Of a stretch of 64,000 bases of DNA, positions 1-14,200 are shown piece by piece (position 1 is the first letter of the stretch; every line of letters begins with the position of its first letter). The DNA lies in the NCBI GenBank assembly GCA_951406725.2, contig OX597818.1, positions 93,558,001 through 93,622,000 on the forward strand. Direction: 5' to 3'. This DNA comes from Octopus vulgaris (Eukaryota). A program made the position numbers and the translations under genes. The notes beneath the pieces were generated by a model. The model saw only the letters and a program-made list of their open reading frames with translations. It was not told the DNA's origin and ran no database searches.

Positions 1-701
1 ACACTCACATACATGCACGCACTCACACACACATAAACACTCTACAAACTTCTTTCAGTTTTCATCTGCCAGATTTGCTCACAAGGCTTTGATCAACCCA
101 GGGCTATATTAGAAAACACTTACCCAAGGTACCACACAAAGGGTCTGAACTTGAAACCACATGATTGGGAAGTGAGCTTTTAACCACTGAGACATACCTT
201 TGCTAAAAATTATTTTGAGCTGTAGAGAACTAGACAAAATACTTGGTAGTCTTTTGCTACAACCCTTTACATTCTGAGTTCAAATCCCTTCAAGATCAAC
301 TTTGCCTGTCATCCTTCTGGAGTCAACAAAATGTATTATTATTCAAGTGCTGGGATCAGTTTCATTAATTGTATTCTTCTAATTTTGCTGCCTTGGACCT
401 ATGTTGATTATTATTATTGCTATCTTTGTGACAACAGTGAAGAAAAATATTATTATTGTTAAGGGTGGTCGAATGTGGCAGACTGGCAGAATCATTAGAG
501 CTCTAGAAAAAGTGCCCCGGTTGAAATTGTAAAAAGGTATATTAAGCCTTTAGGTTTTCAGATCAACTTCTACCAAATCCGACTTCACCTTTTCAGCTTC
601 ATGAGTTCATAAATACTAGTAACATGCTGGTATAAACTGTCTCTGTCCCTCCTTAAAATATTCTTGTTATTGTTACTGTTATTTTTCTCTTTGCTCAAAA
701 G

Positions 702-810
702 GTTCTTAAAGGGTGGAATTGATTCTGGATTCCGAGTTGTCACAGAGAAGACCTATCAATCAAGGCTCCTACATTTCTGTGGTACAAAGAAAAATGTTGA
801 AGTCAAAGAG
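702..810 (+). CDS. Gelsolin-like exon (FLKGGIDSGF...VEVKE)
   Basis: aaaag|G acceptor, GAG|gttagt donor; GGxxSGF motif. Confidence 0.9.
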
Positions 811-2577
811 GTTAGTAAATTGTTTTACACATTGCTATGTTGCTCTGTCTATGACCAATAGTTCAGCTTACTTAACTGTAAGTAGGTACCACTATGGTAT
901 AATTGTTTTATAATAATAGCCAAAATAGTTAACTGTCAACATTTTTTTGCCTACATAGATGTATTGGGTTATCCCATAAATAAAGCGGTTTTAATATACT
1001 TATATTTTTCAAAATGAAGATGAACAAAGTTCTTTTAATCTAAAATATACTCTCCTTTATTTTCTACAATGCTCTTCCATCTATCTACTGGACTTGCAAG
1101 GCTCCTCTTCCTAAATTCACCTATCTGTGATGAAAAATATTCCTCCAGTACTGTTCTGACCTCATCTAGAGTATTCATATTTTTTCCCATCCAAATGATT
1201 TTGAAGATTGCCGAATAAATAATAATCAGATGGGGCAATGTCTGGTGAATATGATGGGTGGGGCATTGTTTCCCATTCAAACTGCTCCAGCCTTTGAAAT
1301 GTCGTTCTTGCTGTATATGGCCGAGCAGTATCCTGATGGAAGATCACCTTTCTTCTGAAACTAAAGATGGTCGTTTTTCTTCTAGTGCCAACCGAAGTCA
1401 CTCAAGCTGCTCACAGTAGATCTCATTTGTTATCATTTGGTTTGGGTTTAAAAGTTCTAAGTGGACTAAACATGTTATATCCCACCAAACAGATAACAAC
1501 ACCTTATGTGGGTGAAGACCTTTAGCCTGGGGTGCCAGTGTTTCTCCTTTCCCTATCTATTGTGTGTGGCATTTAACATTTTTATCAAGGATCCATTTCT
1601 CTTCGCCAGTCACTATTAAGTCCAAAGAAGGTTCATTCATGAGATGTGACAGCAAAGAAGAGCACACATTCACTCTCTGCATGCAGTTAGACTCAGAAAG
1701 TTTGTGAGGAACCCATTGGCCCAATTTGCTGACTTTACCAATGGCACGCAGATGCTGATAAACGGCTGAATGATCAAATCTAAGATTCTCTGCTAGTTCC
1801 TCAGCAGTTATAATGAGATTTTGTTCCACCATGATTTGCAGGATGTCATTGTTGAGCTCTACAGATCATTCAGGATGAAGCTTGTCTTCTAGGCTTGGAA
1901 TTTCTGGAATTATCACTGACACTAGCTTATGGTTATTGTCCGATCCCCATATACTGCATTAATCTTCCTCTTAATTTCCGTTGCATTGTTGCCTTTATTG
2001 AACTCATAAAGCAAAATATTCCAACTATGCTCTTTTGTCACTTCCATTATAGCTTTGAAAAAATAACTGTTAAAATCGAACTGTACTCTTCAAAACTTGC
2101 ACTAAGAATAAGGTCACAGTAAAATTACTATCTGCCTTTATAACAAGTTGATGCAGGTAGTTTATCCTGTTTCCCCTCAGACTTTTAGTTCATGCAGTTG
2201 AAAAGACCACATTATTTATGGGATGACCCAATATATAGATGTATGTGATATAGTTCACTGACAACCCAAGTCTCAGTAGCTGTGTCTACATCTAGTAGAT
2301 ACCACTAGTTGGTATTAACTGACCAATTTTTCATTAGTTATTAAATACAGATTCACTATTGGTGTTGGTGGTGGCAGGGTAGACTTGCAAAGAACTACCA
2401 CCCTATCCAAATGAAGAAAGATGCCTCACATTCAATTCAGACCTTGAAAAGAGAGATATGCTCCAAGAATAGTATGTCAGGTGATAAAGACACACTAGAT
2501 AGAACAGTATTACTACTATCTCTAGTTGCTACTGCTGCTGCTATTATTACTATAACTACTATAAGCCAATAAGGGTT

Positions 2578-2642
<65 letters not shown>

Positions 2643-2943
2643 ATACATACATACATACATGCATGCATGCATACACGCGCACACACACACACGCACACAT
2701 ACATACATACATACATACATTATGTATATAAATTAGAGAAGAACCACCATTTATCAATTCAATAATGAAATAATAATGATAGAATTAAATTATACCATAT
2801 AGAAAAAAATTAAATATATGTCGCTGTATTTAGGAATGGTCATTTTGCCAGTTTAGCCAATAAATATATAAAACATATACCAATAATTGAGTAAAGTACA
2901 AAATAATAAATAAAAATTATATAATTGGTAAATTATATACTTT

Positions 2944-2994
<51 letters not shown>

Positions 2995-5900
2995 GAGAGA
3001 GAGATGGATTGACAGATAGTTAGTTGGATAGATAGATGGACTGACTGATTGATAGAGAAGTAGGTAGATAGTTGAGTTGATTGATTGATTGTTTGGTTGG
3101 TTAATTAGGAAGGAAAGCAATGCCACAACCCTTTAAAAAGATGCCAGGGTTGATGGGAGGGATTGAGAAAAATATCTTCAGACCAGATCCCTAATACTTG
3201 CGACAGAACAGACTTTTCTAAGTTGCTTAGCCTTCACAAAATAGCAGCTAAGTCATCTTAAAATGTAGGCATATTGGTAAATGTAGATAAGGGAACACTA
3301 TTCCTCAAACTTATGTCAGAATTGTCATGGTTGGAAAGCCTTTGTTTATAGATCTACTGGGTTAAATCTGACTCAGGGATAACTACCACTACATCACCAT
3401 CACCACCACTACTACTACTTTTACTACTACTAAGTGTGGCTCAATAATCTATGCTATAACCTATACTTCTATATTAGCTGTCTTGTTTCATTTCAAGGTT
3501 GCCAAAAACAGAGATATGCTGGATAGTGGTGATGTCTATATACTTGATCTTGGTAAAACAATCTACCAGTGGAATGGTGCAGGTAGTAACAAGGATGAGA
3601 AATTCAAGGTATGTATACTGATGTATTTTACTTTGTTATGGTAGAATTGTTTAAGACAGCAAGCTGGCAGTATCTTTAGTGCATTGGATACAATGCTTAG
3701 CAGCATTTCATCCACCTTGACACTCTGAGTTGAAATTATGCCAAGGTCAACTTTGCCTTTCATCCTTTTAGGTTCAATAAGATAAGAACCAATCAAGTAT
3801 TGGGGTCAATATAACCAACTAGCTCCCTCCACTAAAATTTCAGGCCTTGTGCCATTTAGTAGAAAGGATCGTGGTAGAATTGTTTTGGTGTGCAAAACAA
3901 AATGCTTAATGGAGTTCTGAGTTCAAATCCTGCCAAGGGGATCTATAAAATAAGTATCGATTGAGCACTTGTTGAAGTTACTGACAAGACTCTCCATAAA
4001 ACTGCTGGCCTTGTACCAAAATTTGAAACTGTACTGTCAAAGGGGGCAAGCTGACAGAATTATTAAGGTAAGAGAAATAAATGTCTTGTAATATTTCTTC
4101 TGGTTCTTTACATTCTAAGGTCAAGTCCTGTTGAGGTTAACATGAAATATCAATCAGGTATTGAGGCTGGTGGTATCAGTTAAGCCCTTCTCATCAAAAA
4201 ATTGCTTGCTTGTGCCTAAGCTGTTATTATGGTTCTGTACCACATTGTTCTGTTGTTACTGTATTATATAAGTATTGTTGTATTGTACTTTAATATATTT
4301 TATTGCATCTTATTGTAGTGTTTTTCATTGGGTGGGTGAAGGGGTGCTGAGAGGATTGGAAAATGGGTGGACAAATTACCATCATTGTAGTTTTAATGTC
4401 CACTTTTCTTTGCTTGTTTGCGTCAAATAAAGTTGAGGCAGATTTTCCACAGCCAGATTGCCCTTCTAGTTAACAATTCTCACCTGTTTCCATGCAAGGT
4501 AACTTTTTCCCCATTCCATAAAAGATTGGAAACAAGTGAACCAATTAAATGATAATACAGTTCTATATTTAAGAGATGAGGAATTATGTACATTATTTAC
4601 AATTGATGGATATTTGTCCTCATCTTGTTTGTTGTTAACGCAACGTTTCGGCTCATATACCCTCCAGTTTTCATAAGGTGTCTTGGGGAAATTTCAAACC
4701 TGGATTCTCATTCCTAAGGTATTTTTTGATGTTGTTGTTGTTATTATTATTATTATTCAGCTCACTGCCTGGAATCAAACTCAGAATCTTGGGGTTAGTA
4801 GCCCGCACTCTTAACCACTACGCACATGGCATAGTGTTTAAGAGCACGGGCTACTAAACCCAAGATTCTGAGTTTGATCCCAGACAGTGACATGAATAAT
4901 AATAATAATAATAACAACAACAACAACAGTAACAATAACAACATCGAAAAATACCTTAGGAATGAGAACCCAGGTTTGAAATTTCCCCAAGACACCTGAA
5001 GAAGGCTGGAGGATATATCAGCTGAAACGTTGTGTTAACAACAAACAAGATGAGGACAAATATCTGTCGATTGTAAATAATGTACAATTAAATGATGGTG
5101 ATACTTATTTTCAAATATCACATGAGCACGCATGTGTGCGCACACACACACACACTCACAACAGGCTTACTGTTTCTGTCTATCAGCTCCTTTCACAAAA
5201 ATTTACTTGGCCCAGGGTTATAGATACCACACAGTAGACCTGAACTCAAAACCATGTGGTGGAGAACCAAACTTTTCGACAACTTAGTCATGCCTGCCAT
5301 GTTTAACAAACTTAAAATGGTTTTAAACTTGTTCAAAACCACTACTTTATGGTATTGTACTGTTCTGTTTTGACTACATAGTACAGTAGTATATTGTACT
5401 GTATTTTCTTGACAATACATTACAGTACTGTAGTGTACTATATGGATGCAGTCATGAAGTCTTAGGTTCAATGCAACTGTGTATTATCTTACATATGTGT
5501 GTATCATTGAAGCCTCTGGTTGATGCAAATCTCATCATCATCATCATTGGATAGTTCAACCGGGGTCTGGGAAGCCAGGAAGCTGTACCAGGCTCCAGTC
5601 TGATCTGGCAGTGTTTCTACAGCTGGATGCCCTTCCTAACACCAACCACTCAAGGGGAGGCTGGCAGTGGCCATGATCGGTTGGTGCTTTTTACGTGCCA
5701 CCAGCACAGGTATCGCAACTACAATTTCCATTTGATATCTATTTTGATGTTGATGTACTTGACCCAATAGGTCTCCTCAAGCACAGCAGGTCACCCTACG
5801 ATTCAAGGTAAGCACAGCAGGTTGTTCTGCAATCCAAGGTACTTTGGAAGGGCTGGGGCTATGCGAAACTCAAGCAGGAAATAGCCATGAACTCACATTA

Positions 5901-8231
5901 TTTGTCGGGTCTTTGTAGTCACAGCATATCTCCAGAGATCTCAGTCTTTTTGTCATTGCCTCTGTGAGGCCCAACATTCGAAGGTCATGCTTGACCACCT
6001 CATTCCATGTCTTCCTGGGTCTACCTCTCCCCCAGATACCTTCAACTGTTTGGGAGTGGCACTTCTTCACACATCTCTCCTCATCCATCCGCAGTACATG
6101 ACCATACCAGCGCAAATGTCTCTCTTGCACACCACATCCGATGCTTCTTATGTCCAGCATTTCTCATAAGTGAAATAATGTAGATGGAAATTGTTTGGAA
6201 ACTCATTGGATGAACTATGGCTGTAATTCAAATAACCAGCTTTGTCATACACATTATCACTCCTATTTTGCTCTGGAATTATATTATGGCTACTAATGTC
6301 AGTGGAATACTAAACCATGCTGATTCAATGAGAAAGTTGTTCAGTTGACAAGAAAAGCTGGAGCTTTCATCATTGAAATAGGAGAATCCATTTACTTTAA
6401 CTACAATTTACTGTGGATTGCATGGCTTAGTGATTAGGGGACTCATGATTGTAAGACTGTGGTTCCAATTCCTGGACCAGGCAATACGTAATCTTACAAC
6501 AGACTGGTGTTGCATCCAGGGAGGAATGCGTGTATCAAGGAAACTGGGAAACCAGCCCTATGCTCTTTATAGAGTAATGTGAACTAACCAACAATACGCT
6601 GTGACTACAATAACTTGTAGGTATGCAGTATTTCATTATGCAACCATAGTATGCTATAAAGTATATTAAATGATTTTATAAGTCATTACTGTGTTAGCAG
6701 TGCACTTTTACATCACTCATTAAGGTTATCTTCACAGATATTCTATAGAAATTATGACCAGCACTGATTTTTGCTACAACGTTTTGTATACAAAATATCA
6801 GATGTAAATAAACAATGAAATCAAAGATGTGAAAAGGATAATCTTCAATCTCATTGTTTGTTTACATCTCAGGTCTTGTATAGGAAAAATCATATAGAAT
6901 ATCACAATATATTGGCATAGCTCAGTTTACATCAGTAATTGATTCCAAAACATGTGACTTCACTCAAAAGATGACATAACACGTAAAACATTTAAAAAAA
7001 TTTATTTGCTTATATCTTTTTAATAGATAGTTTGTACATATTTTCACATATTTTACTTGATTGTCCACTTCATTATTGGTTTTTAATTTTTATGCTTATA
7101 AATGTTTGCCGAGAAATTGACTGAAGTTGAGGTTGAGGTTATTTTTTTCCCAATAATTTCTTAAAAATTGGATGTAAAGTCAAAAAAGACCCAACTCAGA
7201 ATATAAGTTGAGGTATGCCTGTGCAATCCTGTTCAATAATTATATTGTATTGTACTGCAATATATTATAAGAACCTAGAATCTATGTGAATCAGTAGAGT
7301 TTGTAGAAGTTATGGCAAATGAACTCTTCTGTTAATCCTTACATATAATATTCTGTCTTTTGTTGAATTGTGATGTGTGGTATTATGTTATACTGTATTC
7401 TGCTTTACCATTCTATCTTCTGTTGCCAGGCTGTAATGTACATCAATGAGTTGAAAAACGAACGAAGCATTGCAATTAAAACAGAGGTACTGGAAGAAGA
7501 TTCTACTGAAGCTGATGTAAGTATTTCAGGATGCTATTCTCTCTACTTGCCTACCTACCTTCTTATTTACCTATCTACCTAGTTACATACCTAGGGATTA
7601 CTGGTATATGGTTGGCTGAAGTAGATTTGTTATGTGCTGTGGTGAGACTTGAAAAACAATAAGATAATGATCAAGTATTATAATACTATTATTAGAATTT
7701 AGAAACTTTGAGAGAATTAAAGTAAAACATCTTTGTAAGGTGGAATAGTGAGGCTTTCCATCTTAGTGTTGTTTTAACCTAACATACTAAATACTATTAC
7801 TTATAGCTTTATCTACTTTGAGTTCCACCTTAAAAAAATAATTTATTTCAGTGATCAAATATTTTCAAAAAAAAAAAAAGATGAATTGTTGGCCTCAAGT
7901 AATTGCTCAGATCCCTGAGAATTCCTTCTTAGGGCTTGCTCTAAGAATCTGCCAATAAGTTGGGCTGCTTTTGTGAGGCTGGTCCATAAGAAGTGTATGT
8001 GTACCAAAACTTAGAAAGAATCATCATCATCAACGTCAAGGTAGCAAGATGACAGAATCATTAATGCATCAGACAAAATGCTCAACTGTATTTTGTCCAG
8101 TTCTTTACTTTATGAGTTCAAATATTGCCAAGGTCAATTTATCAACATAAAAAAGCTGAAAGGTAAAGCTAAGTACCAGTTCAGTATGGGTGAGTGTAAA
8201 AAATTGCTGGATTTGTGCCAGAATTTGAAAC

Positions 8232-8291
<60 letters not shown>

Positions 8292-11200
8292 GACAGTGAG
8301 CTGGCAAAATCGTTAGCCACCAGGCGTAACGCTTAGCTTCATTTCGTCTTGAGTTCAAATTCCATGAAGATCGACTTAACTTTTCATCCTTTTGGAGTTG
8401 ATAAAATAAATATCATTTGAGCACTGGTTAGTTCATTCAGTGTCCAAATAAGAATATTGTAACTGTTACTTATAACTGGAACAGCTATTATCTTGTTTTT
8501 CACATTGAACTCTGTTTTAAGTATAAATCTAACTTATCTATAGTATTCCTTCCTTATCTTCTCTTTCATTTGTGTGTGTTGTACCATATCTAGTTCACTG
8601 ATTCTTGAGTATTTTTATATCTGGGTTTGGTCCAGTTCTCTACAAATACTTAGGAAGTAATGAATTAGATACGGCACAACAGACACAAATGTATTATTGC
8701 TGCTGCTGCTGCTACTACTGCTACTATTAAGGTGGCAAGCTGGCTGAATTGTTAGCATACTGAACAAAATGTTTAGTGACATTTCATCCATCCTTACCTT
8801 CTGAGTTCAAATGCTTTTCATCCTTTCAGGGCCGATAACATAAGTACCAGTCAAGCACTGGGGTCAGTGTAATTGACTAGGCCCTTTCCAAAAAATTTCA
8901 AACCTTGTACCTATAGTAGAAAGGATTATTATCATTATTGGCATTGATGCTTGTGAATAATGTGTAAAATAGTAAGTTAAGACAGAGTTAATAAACTACT
9001 GTAAAACATCTGAGAGTTCAAATCTCACAGGAACATTTCTGTCATTGTCATCATTTTAACATTCAATTTTCCATACTTGCTTGCATGAGTCAAGCAAAAT
9101 TTAAGGCAAATTTTTTACAACCAGATACCTTTCCTGTTGTCCTCTCTCTCCTATTCCAAGTAATGTAATACTTCCCCATGGTCCAGCATGTTTTCATGGA
9201 AGATTGGAAACTAAGGACACAGTTTTGTTTTAAAACTATCACACAATGTCAAGACAAGGAGACACAAACACACACGCACACTATATGTGTGTATGAGGGG
9301 ATGTTGAAAAGTTCCTAGCTTCAGGCAAAAGAAAATAAAGAAGGATCAGTTAATTATGATTTTATTCAACATATTTCCCTCTCAAGTTCACACACTTATT
9401 GCAGTGGGCCTTCAGTTTTTCTAAGCCCTGTAAAAGAACTCAGAAGGTTGGGATCTAACTAAGCCTTTTGCAATATCCTTAAAGCCAGGAACTTTTCAGC
9501 ACCCCCTCATATATATATGATGGACTTCTTTGAGTTTCTATCTGTGAAGTTCACTCACAAAATTTCGGTCAGCCCAGGGCTATATTAGAAGACACTAGCC
9601 CAAGATACCACACATTGAGACTGAACCCAAAACTCTTTGTTTGAAAAGCAATGTCATCTTTCAAAACTTCATGTGGAATTAGTAAATAGAATATTAACAG
9701 CGTGAATGCACTTCATTAATGTTTTAGTGTTCAATCAACCAATTCTCTATGCCCGCCAAAAGTAATCAAAATTATATCTAACCAAAATTCTTTGCTTTTA
9801 TCTTCTTTTTCCTTTTCATTGTAGCATGAGTTTTACACATCCCTAACAGAAGAAAAAGAGGAAGAGACCCACTTTACATCTGAAGAAGGACCTAAGGAAC
9901 TTTACAGGTGAGTACCATATTTTTTTCCCTGTCTAAGGAAGAAAATCAATTTCCATTACCTTAGCACTGCTTCCCCTACTATGTGGATGGAAGTGCCTTA
10001 AGATTCCTTAACTGATGCAGTTGATATGTCTCATTTGCAGTGACCCCTTTATAATCCTTGTTTTTACCTTATACAAATAATGATGAGCTTTTTACATACA
10101 GTACTCCTGGTACAAGAGCAAGGTGGGCATAACAAAGGCCTAGTGGTATAACAAAAGGCCGAATGTAGAATCTAGAGATGGATTAATGCCTAGTAGGAAT
10201 GAACAAAGATATCAGATACTTTGCACAAGAGGCGTGGCTGCATGTGGGAGAACATATAGAGTGAGTTGATGACATGATATTAGATATAGAAATAGGGCAG
10301 CAAGCTGGCGGAAACATTAGCACATCTTTACATTCTCAGTTCAAATTCTGCTAATGTCAAAGTTTTGAATTAAAATCTTCTGCTAAACCTTTGTCACAAT
10401 TTATGTTGGTTTTACTCTTTTACTTGTTTCAGTCATTTGACTGTGGCCATGCTAGAGCACCACATTTAGCCGAGCAAATCGACCCCAGGACTTATTCTTT
10501 GTAAGCCTAGTACTTATTCTATTGGTCTCTTTTGCCGAATCGCTAAGTTATGGGGACATAAACACACCAGCATTGGTTGTCAAGCGATGATTGGGGTGGG
10601 GACAAACACAGACACACATATATACATATATGTGACAGGCTTCTTTCAGTTTCCGTCTACCAAATCCACTCACAAGGCTTTGGTCAACCCGACGCTATAG
10701 TAGAAGATACTTGCCCAAGGTGCCACGCAGTGAGACTGAACCCGGAAACATGTGGTTGGTAAACAAGCTACTTACCACACAGCCACTCCTATGCCTATAA
10801 ACATCCTAACACTAGCTTAATGACAACAAAGTTATTTTACTAAATTCTTTGTTATATCTAAAATAATTGAAAGAAACAGAGCATCTCAAAATAAATACAG
10901 TAACGAAAGGGTAATGGTGATGGTCGCTGTTGTTGTAGTTATGGTGTTGATAGTGGATTGTGGCAGTGGTGATGGTGGTAGTTTGTATGATGTTTTTTGC
11001 TGTTGTTTGTGGTGTTATATTTTGGCATTTAGTCTGAGCATAGCAATACTCTTGCACTTTTATTTATTCTTTTACTTGTTTCAGTCATTTGACTGTGGCC
11101 ATTCTGGAGCACCGCCTTTAGTCGAGCAAATCGACCCCAGGATTTATTCTTTGTAAGCGTAGTACTTATTCTATCGGTCTCTTTTGCCGAACCGCTAAGT

Positions 11201-14200
11201 AACAGGGACATAAACATACCACCATCAGTTGTCAAGCGATGTTGGGGGACAAACACAAACACATACATATATATATATACATATATACGATGGGCTTCTT
11301 TCAGTTTCCGACTACCAAATCCACTCACAAGGCTTTGGTTGGCCCAAGGCTATAGTAGAAGACACTTGCGCAAGGTGCCACGCAGTGGGACTGAACCCAG
11401 AACCACGTGGCTGGTAAGCAAGCTACATACCACACAGCCACTCCTACTTGTTTTAGTCATTGATCTATGATCATGCTAGGGCACCACCTTGAAGTGTTTT
11501 AGTCAAACAAATTGCCCCAAGTACTTTGTTTTTTATTTTGTTATTTATTGTCTCCTTCAACAACCTGCTAAGTTACAGGGCTGTAAATAAATGAACACCA
11601 GTTGTCAACAGAGTAGGGTGACAGACAAACAAACACACACACACACACATATGACGGACTTTCACTCAGCTTTTGTCTACCAAATTCACTCACAAGGCAT
11701 TGATCAGCCTGGGGATATTATATAACCCGAAAGCACACAGTTGAAAAGTGAGCTTCATATCCACACAGTTATGCCTGCACCTATGTACACAAAAATAACT
11801 GAAACATACATTACAAATCACTTGCACAACAAAATATCAAACATTGACACTCCTAGATCTTATCACACAAAGACAAACATTATTCATGCATAACCAACTC
11901 ATAAACAATAAATCACATTTTCTTCTCTTCTGTGTTTCCCACATGCAACACTACATATCTCCTTCATTGCAAACACATGTCTACACAACTAGGTGCATAG
12001 TTCCTATAGGCTTACTCCACAGAAGTAGACCTCCTACTTAATAGGGAAGGTTTTCTTAACCCTGATACCAACCTTACTCCTGATTCTGTGATATAAACTT
12101 CATGTTTTAAGGTGATCTAAATTAAACCCTACTATCAAAATTTCATGTTAATTAATATTCCAAACACCAGGTTAATATTGACAAAGTTATTTTATTAAAG
12201 CTTTCATTTTTTTCAAACTTAATTGAAACAAAGTCTGTATATTTCAACAGAATTATAGTAACAAATGGGTTAAGGCCCACAATATAATGTGATGCAATGA
12301 AACCAGAACCTGTAAATGGAACATATATAGTTGCAGGCATGGCTGTGTGATTAAGAAGCTTGCTTTCCAACCACATGGTTTTGGGTTCAGTACCAATGTG
12401 TGGCATTGAACAATAGCCCCAGACCACCCAATGCCTTGTGAGTGAATTTGATACAAGAAACTGTGCGAAAGCCCAGCAAAATACCTGTGCTTGTCCTTCT
12501 ATCATACTTAGCCTCTCAGTACCTAGTACCTAGCATGAAGTCCCCTCCTCTCTCCCTAAACCTTAATCATGGATTTTTATTCCTTTTCTGATCTTTTTTG
12601 TTTTGTTTTGCAATTTAGTTGGCAACTTCACTAGTGCCAGTGGTACAAAAAATAGCACCTGGTACACACTATAAGGTGGTTGGCATTATGAAGGGCATCC
12701 AACTGCAGAAAATATGCCAAAGCTAACACTGGATCTCAGCACAGCCCTGCATTTTGCAGGGTCTTGTCAAACCATCCAGTCGATGCCAGCATGGAAAACG
12801 GATGTTAAATAATGATGATGATGATAACGACAATGACAATATAGGTGTGTGTTTGTTCACCTGCCACTGCTTGACAACTGGTGTTGGTTTGTTTACATCC
12901 ATGTGACTTAGCAGTTCGGCCACAAGAGACCAATAGAATAGGTTCCTGCCTCAAACAAATAAGTACTAAGGTTGATTTGTTTAACTAAACTTTTTAAGGC
13001 AGTGTCACAGCATGTCCACAGTCCGATGACTAAAACAAAAGACAAAAGAAAATTGATCCTTAAATTTTTCCTCAGTGTGGGCCCTTTCAAGCTTACACTC
13101 ACACGTTTGTGTGTGTGCATGTCTCAATAATAAATGATTATCATCTTACACCAACAGGTTGTCTGATTCCTCAGGAAAAGTTCAATTTCACCTGGAGAAA
13201 AAAGGAGACATTGGAAAACATGATTTAGATTCCAAGGTAAGGGTACAACAAAATTTCTTCTGTTCTATCTCTCTCTCTCTTTCCATCTCTTCTATCTCTC
13301 TTTCTCCATCCCTTCTCTCACCCTTCCTCTCTCTTTTTACCCTTTCCCCCACCCCGTCTCCTCTGTCCTTCACCCTCTTGCCCCATTTCTCTCTCTCTCT
13401 CCTTTTGTTTTGTTGTTTATTTATTATTTGTTGTTTTGAAATTAATCCTTAATAATGCTTTGGATTGTTACATTGTTGTTACCCTGCTTCATTATATGCT
13501 TTATTGTTACTACATGATTATAGTGTAAAAAAAAGTATTGTCATAACAATTGGCAATACAACAAATATTGGCAACAAGGATTCGAAGCTCATGCAGGCCA
13601 GTTAACAAATTTTTGTGATACAAAGGTGTTAATAATGGAAGATCTATTATACATTTGCAAAAACAGTAGCAAGAACATCAACAGGAGTTGCAGAAACAAC
13701 TACTTCAGCAACAAGAAGAACAACAGTTAATGGAGCTATGTCCTAAGAGGTCCAGAAACACTATAAGTTCATTTTCGATAGATGGCATATTAAACTTTGC
13801 ATCAGAATTCAACTAAACATTTTGATGTCGGAGACAAAGTCCATTTCAAAGTATACAAGAACAGTAAAATGAGTTGGCAGGTTGGTGTAGTGGCTAAAAG
13901 AATTGGAAACCTGATGTATTTAATAAAAGGTCAATGATGGGAGCATAAACGACACCTAAATCAATTAAAAATCAGACATACAGAAGAAAGAAAGGAAGAA
14001 AGTTTTAATGGAAGTGTTTTACGACATGTTCAATGTGCCAGCACCGAAAGAGATTAAGCCTAGAAGGAACAGTAACAGAAAAGGTAAACAGATTGAACAT
14101 TTAGAAATAATTCTAAGTTGAAAAGGTACTGAACTCCATAGGAAAGCAAAATTTCAATAAGGAAAAGGTGTTGGAAAGAAAGAAAAAGAAACTAATGATA

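Noticed and set aside
1035-2050. Functional mariner transposase or SETMAR gene
   Set aside because: Split over several frames with stops, first catalytic D appears as E, and there is no SET domain.
4829-4890. tRNA gene
   Set aside because: B-box is mutated, there is no complete acceptor stem, and it is fused to a repeat body; treated as a SINE-like head. The same applies to 52895-52971.
10577-11417. Recurrent small ORFs 'MSSD...GLLSVSVYQIHSQGFG...' suggesting a peptide family
   Set aside because: Antisense translations of SINE family A; frames vary between copies with microsatellite length.
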